37,006 nt of DNA from Saprolegnia diclina VS20. Lineage: Eukaryota. Within the stretch, counting starts at the first letter, position 1, and each line of letters opens with the position of its first letter. Positions 1 to 11,738 of the stretch are shown here, in pieces. The DNA is taken from assembly GCF_000281045.1 (NCBI RefSeq), contig NW_008246076.1:497717-534722 (forward strand), written 5' to 3'. A program made the translations under genes and the position numbers. The notes below the pieces were generated by a model, which did not search any database, had not been told where the DNA came from, and worked only from the letters and a program-made list of their open reading frames with translations.

Positions 1-1053
1 GAGATAGAAAACGTACGTGAGGTCGAGGCCGCTAAGCGCTTCCGCGACGACGAGCGGCCCAAAGACGTCTTGGACCTGTTTGGGCGACGTCAAATATGCC
101 GGCACGCTTGGCATTGCGTGGCTTCTTGATGTGGGCCAAGACCTTCTCGAAGAATACCTCGGGCCGAAGGGCCTGCGCGGGCACCGTGGCGTCGCGGATC
201 GCCTTGAACTCCTGTTGCAGCGGCGTGAGCTGCAATGCGGGCGCTTGTGGCGTGCTTGGTGCACAGTTGGCTTTAGCCACCTTGAGCGGAGTATTGACCG
301 CCTTGAGCGAAACTGTTGGCTGCCTTCTCCTTCTTGGCCGTCTTCTTGCGCTGCGCCAAGATGGCCGCGTAGTTGATTTCGCCGTAAAACTCGGGGTTTG
401 CCGTCTCGTGCTCAGCGGCAGTCGTTGGACGCGTGACCGGCGCAGCAACGCTTGGTCTGCCGGCCTTGATTCGAAGACGCCAGTCGTTGCTGCTGGGCGC
501 CTTGCCTTTGCCATCTTGACGAGCACGGGAGCGTGCAGCCGCGTTGCACGACGGCGCGCACAAGGATCTGGCGGCTTGGTGTCGGACGAAGCCGCCTCGA
601 GCAACGTAGTCTGTTCCTTCTTCTCTTTCCACTGCGCAGCATGACAACTAGTCTACTGGTGCAGCCTACACGTACATCATGTCGTGTGAGCACAGAGATG
701 GTAGACGTACATGAGGTTGGTCGTTCTCGACGAATGTGAAAAAGCTCAAGGGCAATCTCGGGTCGGAGCCCTCGGTGGCGTGGCTCGGTGGTGGTCCGCG
801 GCTACATATGCCTCTCTCGAGCCCCGCCTTGGATGCTGCGCAATGACCTTTTCCTTTTCCACTCCGACTGCAAGTGCGAGGTCGCCTTTGACACGCCTGG
901 CTTGTTGGGTGATTCTAGTACTAACACCTATATAGTCATTACGTGACTAAAAGAACGCAAGTTGAACTTGACAAGGGAAAGGCAACTCGAGTTTCTGCAT
1001 CAAATGGCGGCAGCTCATGGTGGCGGGTTCTCGATGACTGAGAACGGTCCCAT
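1..1053 (-). CDS. Partial multi-exon hypothetical protein running off the left edge of the window; exon structure and start uncertain
   Basis: Protein-like reading frames on the minus strand (EFYGEINYAAILAQRKKTAKKEKAA; LQQEFKAIRDATVPAQALRPEVFFEKVLAHIKK). Intron-like GTACGT...GTGTAG at ~710-666 and a GTACGT donor near position 16. No recognisable domain. Confidence 0.4.
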
Positions 1054-2184
1054 GCCAATCTCTTCAGTCGACATGAGGAGATTATGCAAATACGATACAC
1101 ATCACGCGTACGACTGCCGTACTTGAGCACGGTTGTACGTTGGTACAACACTCCTCTCTCGCCTCGGTGTTAAAAGGGTACATTTGTAGCAAACTAAGTG
1201 ATTTTCTTCAATGGAGCGCGGTCTTTCACATTGTACTACGACTATACGACGACAGCCAAGGCTCTGAGGCCACACGCGAGGCCTACGATCCTATGCGACA
1301 CGGTGGAATGTGGATGATAGAGTCGACGGCAAGGCTCAAGCGTCGAGTTGAAGGCCGTTGGAACCAATGCTTGGGAGTACGCGCGATTGCAATACGTTCC
1401 GGTGCGCCTCCAAATAGGGCTGTTAGCGCATCTCCACCCGACGATACAATGCCACGCATCCTCAGGTCAAGTCGACCGCGACGCTGCAGCGAGATCGAAG
1501 CCGACTCGACCTTGGCTCGGGTTTGTCAACGCCAGCACCAGTCGGTCGGCGCCGTCTCGGCACCGCCTCTACTCGGCTCGACTCGGCATGCACCTCGCTC
1601 GAGACGTTGATCAACGGCGGCTCAGGTTTTATTATTACCACTAGCCTGGTACCACCTCCCGACCACCCAACAAGGTGAATACACGCCGACGGCTTTGCCC
1701 CCAAGCAAGTTAAACTTGCCTTGGCACGCAAAGTCCTCCAATGCGTCAGTGAAAATGGTTAGAGACACCTGCAGGTGCCGTTACAGTAGCATGAAATTGC
1801 GTCGCGCAAGTCGGCGAGTACGCGGAATAAGATTTCGAAACGAAAACTCAATGCGACATCGCCGTGTAGAGGACACTCGATCTGGAATTGGAACGTCGTC
1901 CGTCACAGAAAAGATTGTTCATGCTAGTACGATAGCACTCGATTAATGTTTTAGCGTGCAGCTCCGCCGAGGCTCATGGCAGCGACTCACGTTTGGACGA
2001 GAAGTCCGTCAAATTGTACTAGGGGTAGGTCTTCCACCGGGGACTGCAGTGAACAAAAGGCGCGCGAACCTAACCATACCTCTTCTATTCATTGACTGGA
2101 CAACGATCGACGCCACTGGATGCTTCCGGAAGACGTCCAACAATACTGCCTCCAAGGCTATTGCTGCCCGGATATGTTGCTTTA

Positions 2185-4040
2185 TTACATGCACCACTGG
2201 GACTGGACGGTGGGTCGTGCAATGCTGAGAGGGGACGCAATGGACGTTCTGAGAGGCTTTCCGAGTGTGACCGAGGCAAAGGTTTGGGCCAACGGACGTT
2301 TGAGCTCGTTGACAATGTAGCGCGACGGCGACGCGGCGTCCGGAATCGCTGCGTGGTGGCGCGAAGCAGCGCCGTCCAAACTGCACATGAGACTCAATCG
2401 GATCTTGGCTTGGAGAACATCGTTTTCGTAGCAGAGGAGGAAGACATCGGCGGCGCGGCTGCAAATCGCAGGCGACGCTTGGTACTTTGGGTTGAGCTCG
2501 AGGATCGAGTAGAGCGTGCCACCCAGTGAAACGAGGTCGTCGTCGTCGTCTTTTCTCCAGCGATGGACGCCGAGAGCTGCAAGCAAAAGCCGGTTCTTGA
2601 AGTTGTTGTTGCGCCAGCTTGTGTAGAAGGACCGACTGAGCGGTGCAACTTTTCGAGGGCCTGGAACTAGCGTATCAGAGTACAGTCGATATGACCAGTG
2701 ACGTACGCAGATAGGGCGCACCAAAGCCGTAGAGCAGCGGCATGGAACCCATGAGAACCATGTAAAAGACGGCGACAGGAAAGACTTCAATCGCTTTGTC
2801 TTGGTCCGTGAGAAGACACTCGAGGAGATAGCTGTACGTGGATAGAAAGAAGCTCACGTTGCTGCCAAGCCACGTCAGGAGTGGGCCGTAGATCGAGACG
2901 ACGACCGCCAACAGCGTCGGGTCGACTTGAGAAAAGCGATGCTCGTTGCCGCAGCGCTTGAGCCAGCGCGAGACGAGGCAGATCGCCGCATACGCAATCC
3001 AAACCTAACAGCAACAAGGCTAAAAGCGAAAATAAGAGCTTAGTCGTACGACGCGGGAGAGGTATAAAAACGAGATGAGCAGCAGCGGAATGTCTTGGTT
3101 TTGGCTCGATTGAAGAATGGCCACGCCGAGCGTATCCGAGCTGATCCAAATGTCGAGCAGAAAGGCGACGGCGACGTTGGAGTTCATAAGAACCAGCGCT
3201 GTCGGGTCGCCAAGCACGACCACGTAGCGCCACGCACCCGCATTTTTCAAGTCGGTGCGGTGCCCATGGACAGCAAGAACGCGCTCCAGCTGGACGTACG
3301 GGCCATAATACCGGCGCCAGAGCAGCAGCAGAACGTAGCACGTCAGACACAGTCGATAGAGTAGCTTGAGCCAAAGCCACTCGGGGTACGAGTAGATGCG
3401 GAGGACGTAGTACAAGGTGTACGTGCCGGTGGTGTCGCGACCGAGCATGTCATCGCCTGCGACAAGCCAGATGCATGCTTCGCCGAGGTTGATCGTTAGC
3501 ATGCGCGTGTGACCGCAAATGCCTCGATGGTTCCAGCTGGTATCGTTATGGTCGGTGGCGGCAAACTCACACAGCAGCGATCGCATGCTCTCTCCAAAAT
3601 AGATGGAACCGGGCAGCCCGACGAGGAAGTGACGATGGCAGTCGTCGGCGGACATGGCCGGTGTGTTGGCTGTCTGCACCGTCATTCGCAGCACGTGTAC
3701 GCTGTGGGTCGTGTTGACGCCGAAGGTCGCACCGAGGGGCAGCGAGATGCGGTTGTACAGGCGCTGGTAGCGTGCCAAGGCCGAGGTGTTGAACGCTGTA
3801 AAGTTGGATGGCAACGTTGGGATGTTGGGGTCGATGTCCCACGGCCATGGCTCGGAGAGGTACGCCTTGAGCGGCTAGGGCACATTAAACAGTGCTTGCA
3901 TATTCATGGGGTACCAAGGAGGCGAGGTTGGTGAGCATGATGAGACTGATTGCTAGCGCAGTGCGGTGCCGCTTGAAGCGCGGTGGCTTCTTGGCCGCAC
4001 GCACCAGCTCGGACGTCGGTCCTACCTTGGAGCTTTCCAT
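2185..4040 (-). CDS. Array paralog A: uncharacterised multi-pass membrane protein, 4 exons (4040-3915, 3874-3050, 3004-2707, 2666-2185)
   Basis: The spliced frame is continuous: MESSKVGP...LTNLASL|PLKAYLSEPWPW...FLVGLPGSIYF...WRYVVVLGDPT...YLSRV|VWIAY...SQVDPT...YL|LPGPRKVAP...GGTLYSILELNPKY...IRLSLMCSLD...QSQWCM*. GT-AG introns of 40, 45 and 40 nt sit at positions shared with the paralogs. Confidence 0.88.
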
Positions 4041-4738
4041 ACTCCGACGTTGGACGTTGCGTTTTGCAGGTTGGCGAATGGTTTCTATTTGGGTCAAACC
4101 ACCCCGCGAAACCTCCAGAAAGGGTGGCATTGTCCGATGGCCGGCCGGATGACATCTCCTAATCTTGGATTGACATCTCCAACGGACGAAAACGAGTGGC
4201 TACGAACTGCTGGACATTCCTCAAGCGACTGGGTGGTGGGCTAGGGCAGTTGGGAAAATACGTTCTCGGTCGAGGGCGATCAAGCCAATGCTGCATCTTG
4301 CACAGCTGTCAGCTTGTGTGCAAGAAAGGATATTTTATTGTGCCTTTGGTGCAAGGAATGGTCCGATCCGTGCTCCAGGTCCACGCATTGAGGTCCACGT
4401 TTCATGCAACCTGCAAGGGTCGTACAGCGAAGGAACATTCCCTGCCAAGCCCACCGGTCGTGCTGTGTTGTCATTAAAGATGTCGGTCGCCCTTCTCAAG
4501 AAAGCTACCATGCCCCAAGAAGTAACTGCTCCATGGGCCATTTCAGTGCTCGGGAGGAGTGCAACCTGTGCTATTGCGCTGGAGTTCACACTGTGGGCTC
4601 GAACAATGTACCTCCGCGAATTCCTAGCTCTTTGCTCCGCGACGGACAAACGCCGTGCTGTCAAGTGACGACCGCTGACTTCTTTGAAACTGGCCGTTTC
4701 TCCACACCAACCTCGGGGCTATTTACAGCGACGCAAGG

Positions 4739-6449
4739 ATGCGCGGCACCAAGATCGTACCAGGTCCGTGCCGCGCCGCGGTGCTGCGTTCGTACTGCAG
4801 CGTCCAGTACCACCGCGGTCTCGCAGCCATGAGTCTCCTTCTCTCAGCGTCCCTCGTCGCCATGGTACATTGCGCCTAGGACCAAGCTCAAGCTCATGTG
4901 CATGTAGCCGTTTGAAGCCTACATTTCCGAGACACTGCCATGGGCGACCGCGTTGCCCGTGGCCCATGACCTGAGCAACCTAACGCTCTTCAACCAAACG
5001 GCCCTCGCAACGCACCAAGCGCTCTACTCGCACTCGACGCTGCCCGACGGCGCGACCTATGTGTTCGATGTTTCGCGCAATGCCCACGTGTGCCGACATG
5101 CCCTGTCGACCACGAGCAGCTCCCTGAGTCTCCCGGGGGTCCTCTTCTACGGCAGCGCGATGGCCGACCTCTTGCGGTCGTTTGCCCACGACTCGGTCAG
5201 TGGTGCGTGGCATCTACGGGGCACGTGTGTCGTTGTGCGTTTTATCACACTGCCATTGGCACACCAATGCATTTGGCTTACAAGAGATGGCTCTCTCGAC
5301 AGCGCGGAGTATACGCTGACGTATGCGCTAACGCAATACCCCTACCCGGCGCTCATCTGGTTCAAATTTTGGTGGCGGGCGGGCACGACGGTGCTGCTCC
5401 TCGGCTTGCTCTGGCGACGTTATTTTGGCCCGCTAATGGGCTTGGCGCGCACCCTGGCCGTGTACGGCCATCACAATGACTTGGCGCCTGTCTGTACGTG
5501 GCGCTACGAGCTCATTGCAGGCGACCCAACCGCACCCTTGCTCGTGGACCCGCTGGTCGTTAGCGCCTTCTTTGTCGATTTTACTCTGAGTCCGCACATG
5601 GTGGCCGTCGCCGTGCTTCGGTTGCTTCAAGTGACAGACATTGGCGCGTTGTGCAAAGCGGCCATCTACCTCTTCCGCATGGTACACGCCGGGGGCCTTT
5701 TCATTGACCTTTTTAACGTCCGAATCTCGTAGGTTTGGTTTGCCTGCTTCTCGCTTGTCGCGGTCAACAAGCTGCTCAAGCGCTATCGCCTCGAACACGT
5801 CTTTACAGAAGTCGACCCGATGTGGCTCGGCCTCACGGTGCTGGTCGTTGGCCCGCTTGTTTGGGTCACCAACGTAGCGCTTCCGAGCTTCTTGGACGCC
5901 TATCGCTACCTCCTCGTATGCTGGTATACCAACGACCGTGTTCAAATCGAAGTCGCGGTCGCCGGCACCGTCTATATTCTCATCATTGCAACGATTCCGC
6001 TCTGCTTTGGCCTGCGTCCAGCGCCCTGTCGACGCCGACGCGTGCAGCGGGTGCGCTACAGCAGCTTTTTGTACAACTCGACCAAAAATCGCGTGCTTTT
6101 TTCGCTCGTGCCGGCGCTGCGCGGCAAGGACGACAAGGACATGGGCGGCTCGATCTATCAGCTGTTTCGTCGCTGCGCCCGCGCCAAGGCCCTCCCGGTT
6201 GTCAACACGCGAGGAACCGACTGCTACCTGCTTTGCTACTGCAACAACTTGCTGCACTCCAAGATTCGTTTGAGTCTCATAGCGCATCTCGACCTTCAGA
6301 GCAGTGACCATATCGTTGAGATTGTACCGGGCGCGAGTGCCTACTGCTTCAACTACCTTGTCGTTCCCGACCACGAGGCAGCAGCCGATCAAAAGGTGTT
6401 TCGGCCGCAGCTTTTGTGTTCCCTGAATGCGTCGCCGTGGTGTATGTGA
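4739..6449 (+). CDS. Array paralog B: uncharacterised multi-pass membrane protein, 3 exons (4739-4864, 4908-5681, 5733-6449)
   Basis: MRGTKIVPGP...ASLVAM|PFEAYISETLPW...LPGVLFY...WRYELIAGDPT...YLFRM|VWFAC...TEVDPM...YNSTKNR...GGSIYQLF...IRLSLIAHLD...ASPWCM*. Canonical GT-AG introns; intron 3 is absent. Confidence 0.88.
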
Positions 6450-6849
6450 CTATCAATCGAGTTTCGAATGGGCCCACTTTGCACGAGACATATGATGTAT
6501 TATGTTGTGGGGGCCATAGCTGACTGCGTCGACGGCGTTGCAGATTATTTTGTTTTGTGAGAGTGCGAGCTTTCATGTAGCGAGTCGGGTCACAGGGGGC
6601 GCTCCGTCAACCGCAGACTCCGAGCGACCAAGTGCTATTAACTCATTCCGACACTTTGTATGCAAAGTCGTGACGCTTATTTTGGCAAATTTCACTTCAA
6701 CGTTCAAGACGTTTAAACGATTCGTAGGTGAAGGGGTGGGTGGTGCATACTACGTTTGGCTAATTCATTGTCCTTTCTTGACGCAATCACGAGACGATAG
6801 ACGACAATTTACTGCCGTCGTAGGTTGTACGAGGTGTGCAAGCATCGAA

Positions 6850-8665
6850 TTACAAGCACCAGACCGACGGCTGGGCCGGTTTATGCAGCGCAAAGGAGCT
6901 GACACCTTCTTTGGTCGTCTCAACGAGCTCGTTAAAGTGATACGGCGTCGACGTCGTCGCCTCAAAAATCGCGGTTTCACGCGTGTCGAGGGAGCTCAGA
7001 AAACTGAGGCGAATTTTCTCACGCAGCTCGCCGTGGCGATAACACAGCACAAAGCAGTCGGCGCTCCGGAGGCTAAATGTCGGACAGTTCTTCAAGCGCG
7101 CGCTCGCGTTGTACGCGGCGTACACAGTGCCGCCTCTCGCAATCATGTGAATATTGTTGGTGCGGAACGGACGGAGGAGCGCCAGAAGGATCTGGTTCTT
7201 GAGGTTGTTGTAGCGGTGACTACTGTACGCATGTTGCCTCCGGCGAAAACACCAAAAAAAAACTAGCAGATCCATCATAAGACCATCGAAACGACACTCG
7301 AACCGCACCCCGGCAGTGGACACGCGGAGCGAGGAAGCCATAGAGCACCGGTAGCACCGCGATGAGCAGTGTATAGGCGGTACAGCCGACAACAAGCTCG
7401 TTTTGCGTGGAATGGTTGGTCGATGGCACGAGACACGTAAACATCCACTGGTAAAATACTACGAGGAAGCCGACGTTGCCGCTCAGCCACGAGATGAGCG
7501 GACCATAGAACGCGATCGCGATCGCCACCAACGTCGGGTCGACCTCGGCAAACGAACGTTCCTTCTTCCATTTTTTGAGACAGTACGCCGTGACGCAGAG
7601 GCCGCAGTAGGCAAACCACACCTATGCAATAGTTCAACATCAAAAATGTCAAAATCCAATGGCACGTACCGTCCGCGAGAGATAGACAAAGGTCACAAAC
7701 ATGATGTAGAGGTCGCCGTTCTGGGATGCGCGCAAGACCGCAATGCCGACGTTGGCCGTGCTCAGCCACATGTCGATCAAAAAGGTGGTCGCGACCCACG
7801 GATCCCGCAGAATGATCGCGGTCGGGTCGCCCAACACAAGCTCGTAGCGCCACTCATTCGCGCTCACATCGGTCCTGTGACCGCTCGTTTGCAAGAGATG
7901 CTCCAGATGATAGCAGTGTCGGTAGTATTGCGTCCACATGCGGTACAAGACAAAGATCGTGTTGCCGATGCGGTAGACAAATTTGAACCAGAGATACGCG
8001 TCAAACCGTGTCGCACTGAACGCGTAGGTGAGCGTAAAGAGTCCTTCGGACGCATTACGCACTTTGATCGCATCGCCCGCCTCGAGCCAGAGACACGACC
8101 GGCCAATCTCAATGTTGCAAAAGAGATCGTAGAAACACGAGCCGCGGTGGTGCCATGCTGACGCCGAGACATTGGTCGCGCTCGCGAGGTCGCAGACCAT
8201 GTCGAGTTGGGCGTCCGTGTAGTAGATGACGCCGGGAAGCCCGAGGAGAAACGACTGCAAGCATGTCGCTCTTGGGATCGGCGCGGGCAAGGCAATGGCC
8301 TTGCGGAGCACTTGGACGTCGTTAATGGCGTCTTCGTAGTAGGATGTGCCGGGTACGAGCGTGTAAGCGTTGTACAAGCGCTGGTTCTGCGCCAAGAAAT
8401 CCGTGTTGAACGCCGAGTAATTGGCATACGAAGTGTTGAGGAGCGGCGGTGCGGACCACGGAACGTACTCGGAGAGGTACGCCTTCATGGGCTATCAACA
8501 AATGCAGAGTGTATGAAAGTGGCGGTGATGATTCGGTGTTGGTACCATGGAGGTAATGTTGAAAAGCATTGCGCAGCTGATGGTTAGCGCGATACGATTG
8601 CGACGCACGCCAAAGCTGCGCACGTCGGCCCACGCGGGCGAACTGATGTCGGCGACCTTGGCCAT
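6850..8665 (-). CDS. Array paralog C: uncharacterised multi-pass membrane protein, 4 exons (8665-8546, 8491-7670, 7621-7309, 7262-6850)
   Basis: MAKVADISSP...NITSM|PMKAYLSEYVPW...FLLGLPGVIYY...WRYELVLGDPT...YLSRT|VWFAY...AEVDPT...|VFFW...YNNLKNQ...GGTVY...PTFSLRSADCFVLC...IRLSFLSSLD...PSVWCL*. GT-AG introns keep the frame. Confidence 0.9.
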
Positions 8666-8771
8666 CCTTGCTACAGGCGCTCTCTATCTTGAGGGTCCGT
8701 TACGCATCTATTCCAAGCAATGTTTGGACCAACGGTATCGCGCGCCAATGGAGAAACAAATCACAGGGTGC

Positions 8772-9071
8772 TCAGTTTCAGTTTCTGTTGTTGAAATGAG
8801 TCTTTCGAATTTTACGGATTAAGGGTCCTATTTCTAGGGTCGTCCGGCCTCCAACCTAATTTCCGGTAGGCACGAATTTCCGGCATATGTCGTTTTCATC
8901 TTGCTTCTTCCTTGTGTTCCTTGTGGCACTTGCCGAGCGTGGCCTTATTATGGTGACCGTCTTCAGTGACATTCGTGTCCGGATGGGGGGGGAAATCCGG
9001 ATAGAAAAATCGGCGCGTCGGGTTCGAACCGGCGACCTCGGGAGGCAGAAGCAGTCAGTTTCAGTTTCTGT
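8772..9071 (+). repeat. 17-bp perfect direct repeat TCAGTTTCAGTTTCTGT (8772-8788 and 9055-9071) in the divergent intergenic region between paralogs C and D
   Basis: Exact match read directly from the sequence; both copies are followed a few bases later by GAAA. Confidence 0.7.
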
Positions 9072-9109
9072 GCTCGAAACCGGACAGCTCGCTTTGATTA
9101 TCTAAAAGC

Positions 9110-9160
9110 TAGCCAATCAAATAAAAAAACTTTTGATTTGCTACCTTTTGGCCAATCAGA
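9110..9160 (+). promoter_or_regulatory. Two CCAAT boxes (GCCAATCA) in the C/D divergent promoter region
   Basis: AGCCAATCAAA at ~9111 and GGCCAATCAGA at ~9150 match the NF-Y/CCAAT consensus. Confidence 0.45.
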
Positions 9161-9534
9161 GAGCATTAAGTGGTTTTGGGCACAGAACCTGTGCGGGTTT
9201 GGAATTTTACCCGGCATAGCGAGTGCGGTGCGGTGGAAACAATGTGTCTTTGAACTCGAAGATTTACCTTCATTTATAGAGACGGCTGCGGCGTGTCGAC
9301 TCGTAGCGACTTGCTACGGAACGGCGAGGCGTGCGGATGGCAGCGCATTGAAGACGGAACAAAGTAAAGTGGTCGCAGCGCTTGATAACAAAAAATAATG
9401 ACAGGAATCATTATCACCGAAAATCCAAGCAGGTGCCTCTGTCAAATGATGAGTGCCCAAGACAAATGCTCCTTCCGGTCCTCGTGCAAAAACTCTTTTT
9501 GCCCAAGACAGCCTGCCTATATTTAGCTGTTTTC

Positions 9535-11477
9535 ATGCTTGGCGCCAAGGTGGCGGCGAGCCCGACGCTGGACACCCTCCAACTGGCAACGCGTCGGCGC
9601 CACAAGCTTCGACATGACCCGTGCCTCTTCATCGTGAGCCTCTTCATCTCCATCTCGATGATCATTATGGTGCGGTGACCCATGCAACCGCAATATGATC
9701 TTATATTCGATACAATCCTATATATATGTAGCCGCTGGAGGCGTACGTCTCCGAGATGTTTCCGTGGACTGCCCCCGCGCCGTTCAACCCGCCATTTGCG
9801 ACGTTTGCAGAGTTCAACGTCTCGACGCTAGCTACCGCCCAAGCGCTCTACAATCGAGATACGCTGCCAAGGGGTGCTCCCTACGTCGCCAACCCAGAGC
9901 GCAACAGCTACGTGCTTCGACGTCTCGTCCGCCCTCTCAATACCTCGTCTCTGATGAACGACTCGAGAGGGTGCTAGACGGCTTTTCTCGTGGGACTGCC
10001 CGGCGTCGTTTTTTATGGTCCCGCCATGAACGATATTTTGTGCACATTTGCAGCATCGCGGGGCGAGTTGCTGTCGCCGACCCCTGGGACTTGCTTGACT
10101 GTGACGTTTCTCTCGCTTCCGATCGCCAACGAGTGTCTATGGCTCCAGCGTGGAAACGACTTGGCCATGACGAATCACAGTGGTGATTTTACGTTGACGT
10201 TTGCGCTGACGCAGTACCCGTACCCGTGGTTGCTCTGGCTCAAATTTGTCACCCGCGTTGTCTCTACAAGTGCCATTTTGCACTGTCTTTGGTTCAAGTA
10301 CTACCGCCATTACTTTTCACATGCTCGCTTTATTCGCCAAAATGGACATCAGAACAACCTCAAGAAAAAATATGTGTGGCGCTACCACCTCATTGCGGGC
10401 GACCCAACCGTGATCCTCGTCACCACCCCGGTGGTTGTCGGTGGTTTCTTTATGGATTTGTGTCTCTCGCCCCATGTAATCGCTGCGTCTGTGCTCAAAT
10501 TACTGCAGATCAACAACATCACGACGCTCCTTAGCGCGGCGCTCTATCTCTTTCGCATGGTATATATTGTGGGATGTACAATGTGTCGTGATGACAACAT
10601 TCTAGGTCTGGATCGCATATATGTCGCTCTGTGTCACCTCGTATGGTCTCAAAAAGTACCGCAAAGAGCATGTGTTTGCCGAAGTTGATCCGACGCTCAT
10701 GACGGTCACGATTGTGTTTTACGGGCCGTTCATTTGGCTCCTCGGCGGGTTTGTCCCATACTTTCTCGAGTGGTGCCAATGGCTCTTGGTGTGCATCGAG
10801 CCAGCGCCCGCGGAGCGCATCGAAATCGTCTTTGTTGGTAGCGTCTACATTGTCCTCGTGGCCTGGCTCCCGCTCTCGTACGGCTTTGCCGCCGGGTATC
10901 GCCGTTCTGGTATGGTATTTTCATTTTGCGCAATATTTGGGAGTTGACTTTTCGTGATGATATGGATACGGGATATTTTGAGAACTTGAGATAGACTATG
11001 ATATGCTATATGGTAGGCAAGCCCCGGCACGACGCATTGACCAATTTTGCTGGCTACGCAAGCTTCAAGTACAACTCGCTCAAGAACCGAGCACTCTTCA
11101 CCGTCGCTCATCCGCTCCGCACCAGCGACGCCAAGTTGGGCACATCGTATGGCGGCCTCATGTATGCTCTGTTCGATTGGAACCCGCGGTACAAGGCGGT
11201 GCCGACCATGAACCTCCGCGGCGCCGACTGCTTCCTTCTCTGCTACTGCAACGACCACCTAGCGTCCAAGATTCGACTAAGTCTTCTGCACGCGCTCGAC
11301 TGCAATATCGACGACCCGCAACGGGCGATTCGGACCAACCCAACGCCGTCGCAGTACCCGGCAAACACACTCGAGATCACGCAGCTCGTGTCTGTACAAG
11401 GGTCGTTCGCGCTACTGCCGTCGCCAGCGCAAATCGCGCTCTCTCGGCCACGCGAGCCATCGCTTTGGTGCATCTAA
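9535..11477 (+). pseudogene. Array paralog D with an in-frame TAG at 9975-9977 (probable pseudogene or null allele); exons 9535-9669, 9732-10559, 10606-10909, 11017-11477
   Basis: MLGAKVAASP...SMIIM|PLEAYVSEMFPW...DSRGC*TAFLVGLPGVVFY...WRYHLIAGDPT...YLFRM|VWIAY...AEVDPT...PSLWCI*. The stop lies where paralogs C and E read C-L-x-S-F-x-L-G-L-P-G. The rest of the gene is intact. Confidence 0.72.
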
Positions 11478-11738
11478 AAGTTTACTCGACATATAATGAA
11501 TGCCCCAACATGAGCACGACGCGTGAGTGACTTCAACTCTACCTCGATTAAGGTGTCTCGTCGTTGTCGAATTGCGAGAATACCGGTTTGGATCCACAGC
11601 AGAGAGCCTATCGTAAAGAGGCTTCTCCGTCTACTTCGCGCCTCGCCTCTTTCTACCTTGTTTACTGTCTGCATTAGCCACAAAACGAATTTGGTCCGTC
11701 TGTTTATAGAGCAGTGCACCAAAGTCGTCTATTTTCGA

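Noticed and set aside
1140..2180. Short ORFs between the left-edge gene and paralog A
   Set aside because: No recognisable domain and no consistent splice model could be built.
4196..4670. Overlapping ~100-aa ORFs in the A/B divergent spacer, considered as a transposon remnant
   Set aside because: No transposase or reverse-transcriptase motifs, terminal repeats or target-site duplication seen.
5433..6392. Long antisense ORFs (for example 5433-6392 minus, 7403-8161 plus, 14512-15261 minus, 25750-26760 plus, 34202-35494 plus)
   Set aside because: They are shadow frames opposite real genes, expected in GC-rich coding DNA, and carry no motifs of their own.
9975..9977. Stop-codon reassignment or programmed readthrough at the TAG in paralog D
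   Set aside because: TAG is used as a normal terminator in this window (USP, mevalonate kinase and FYVE genes), and only one paralog is affected.
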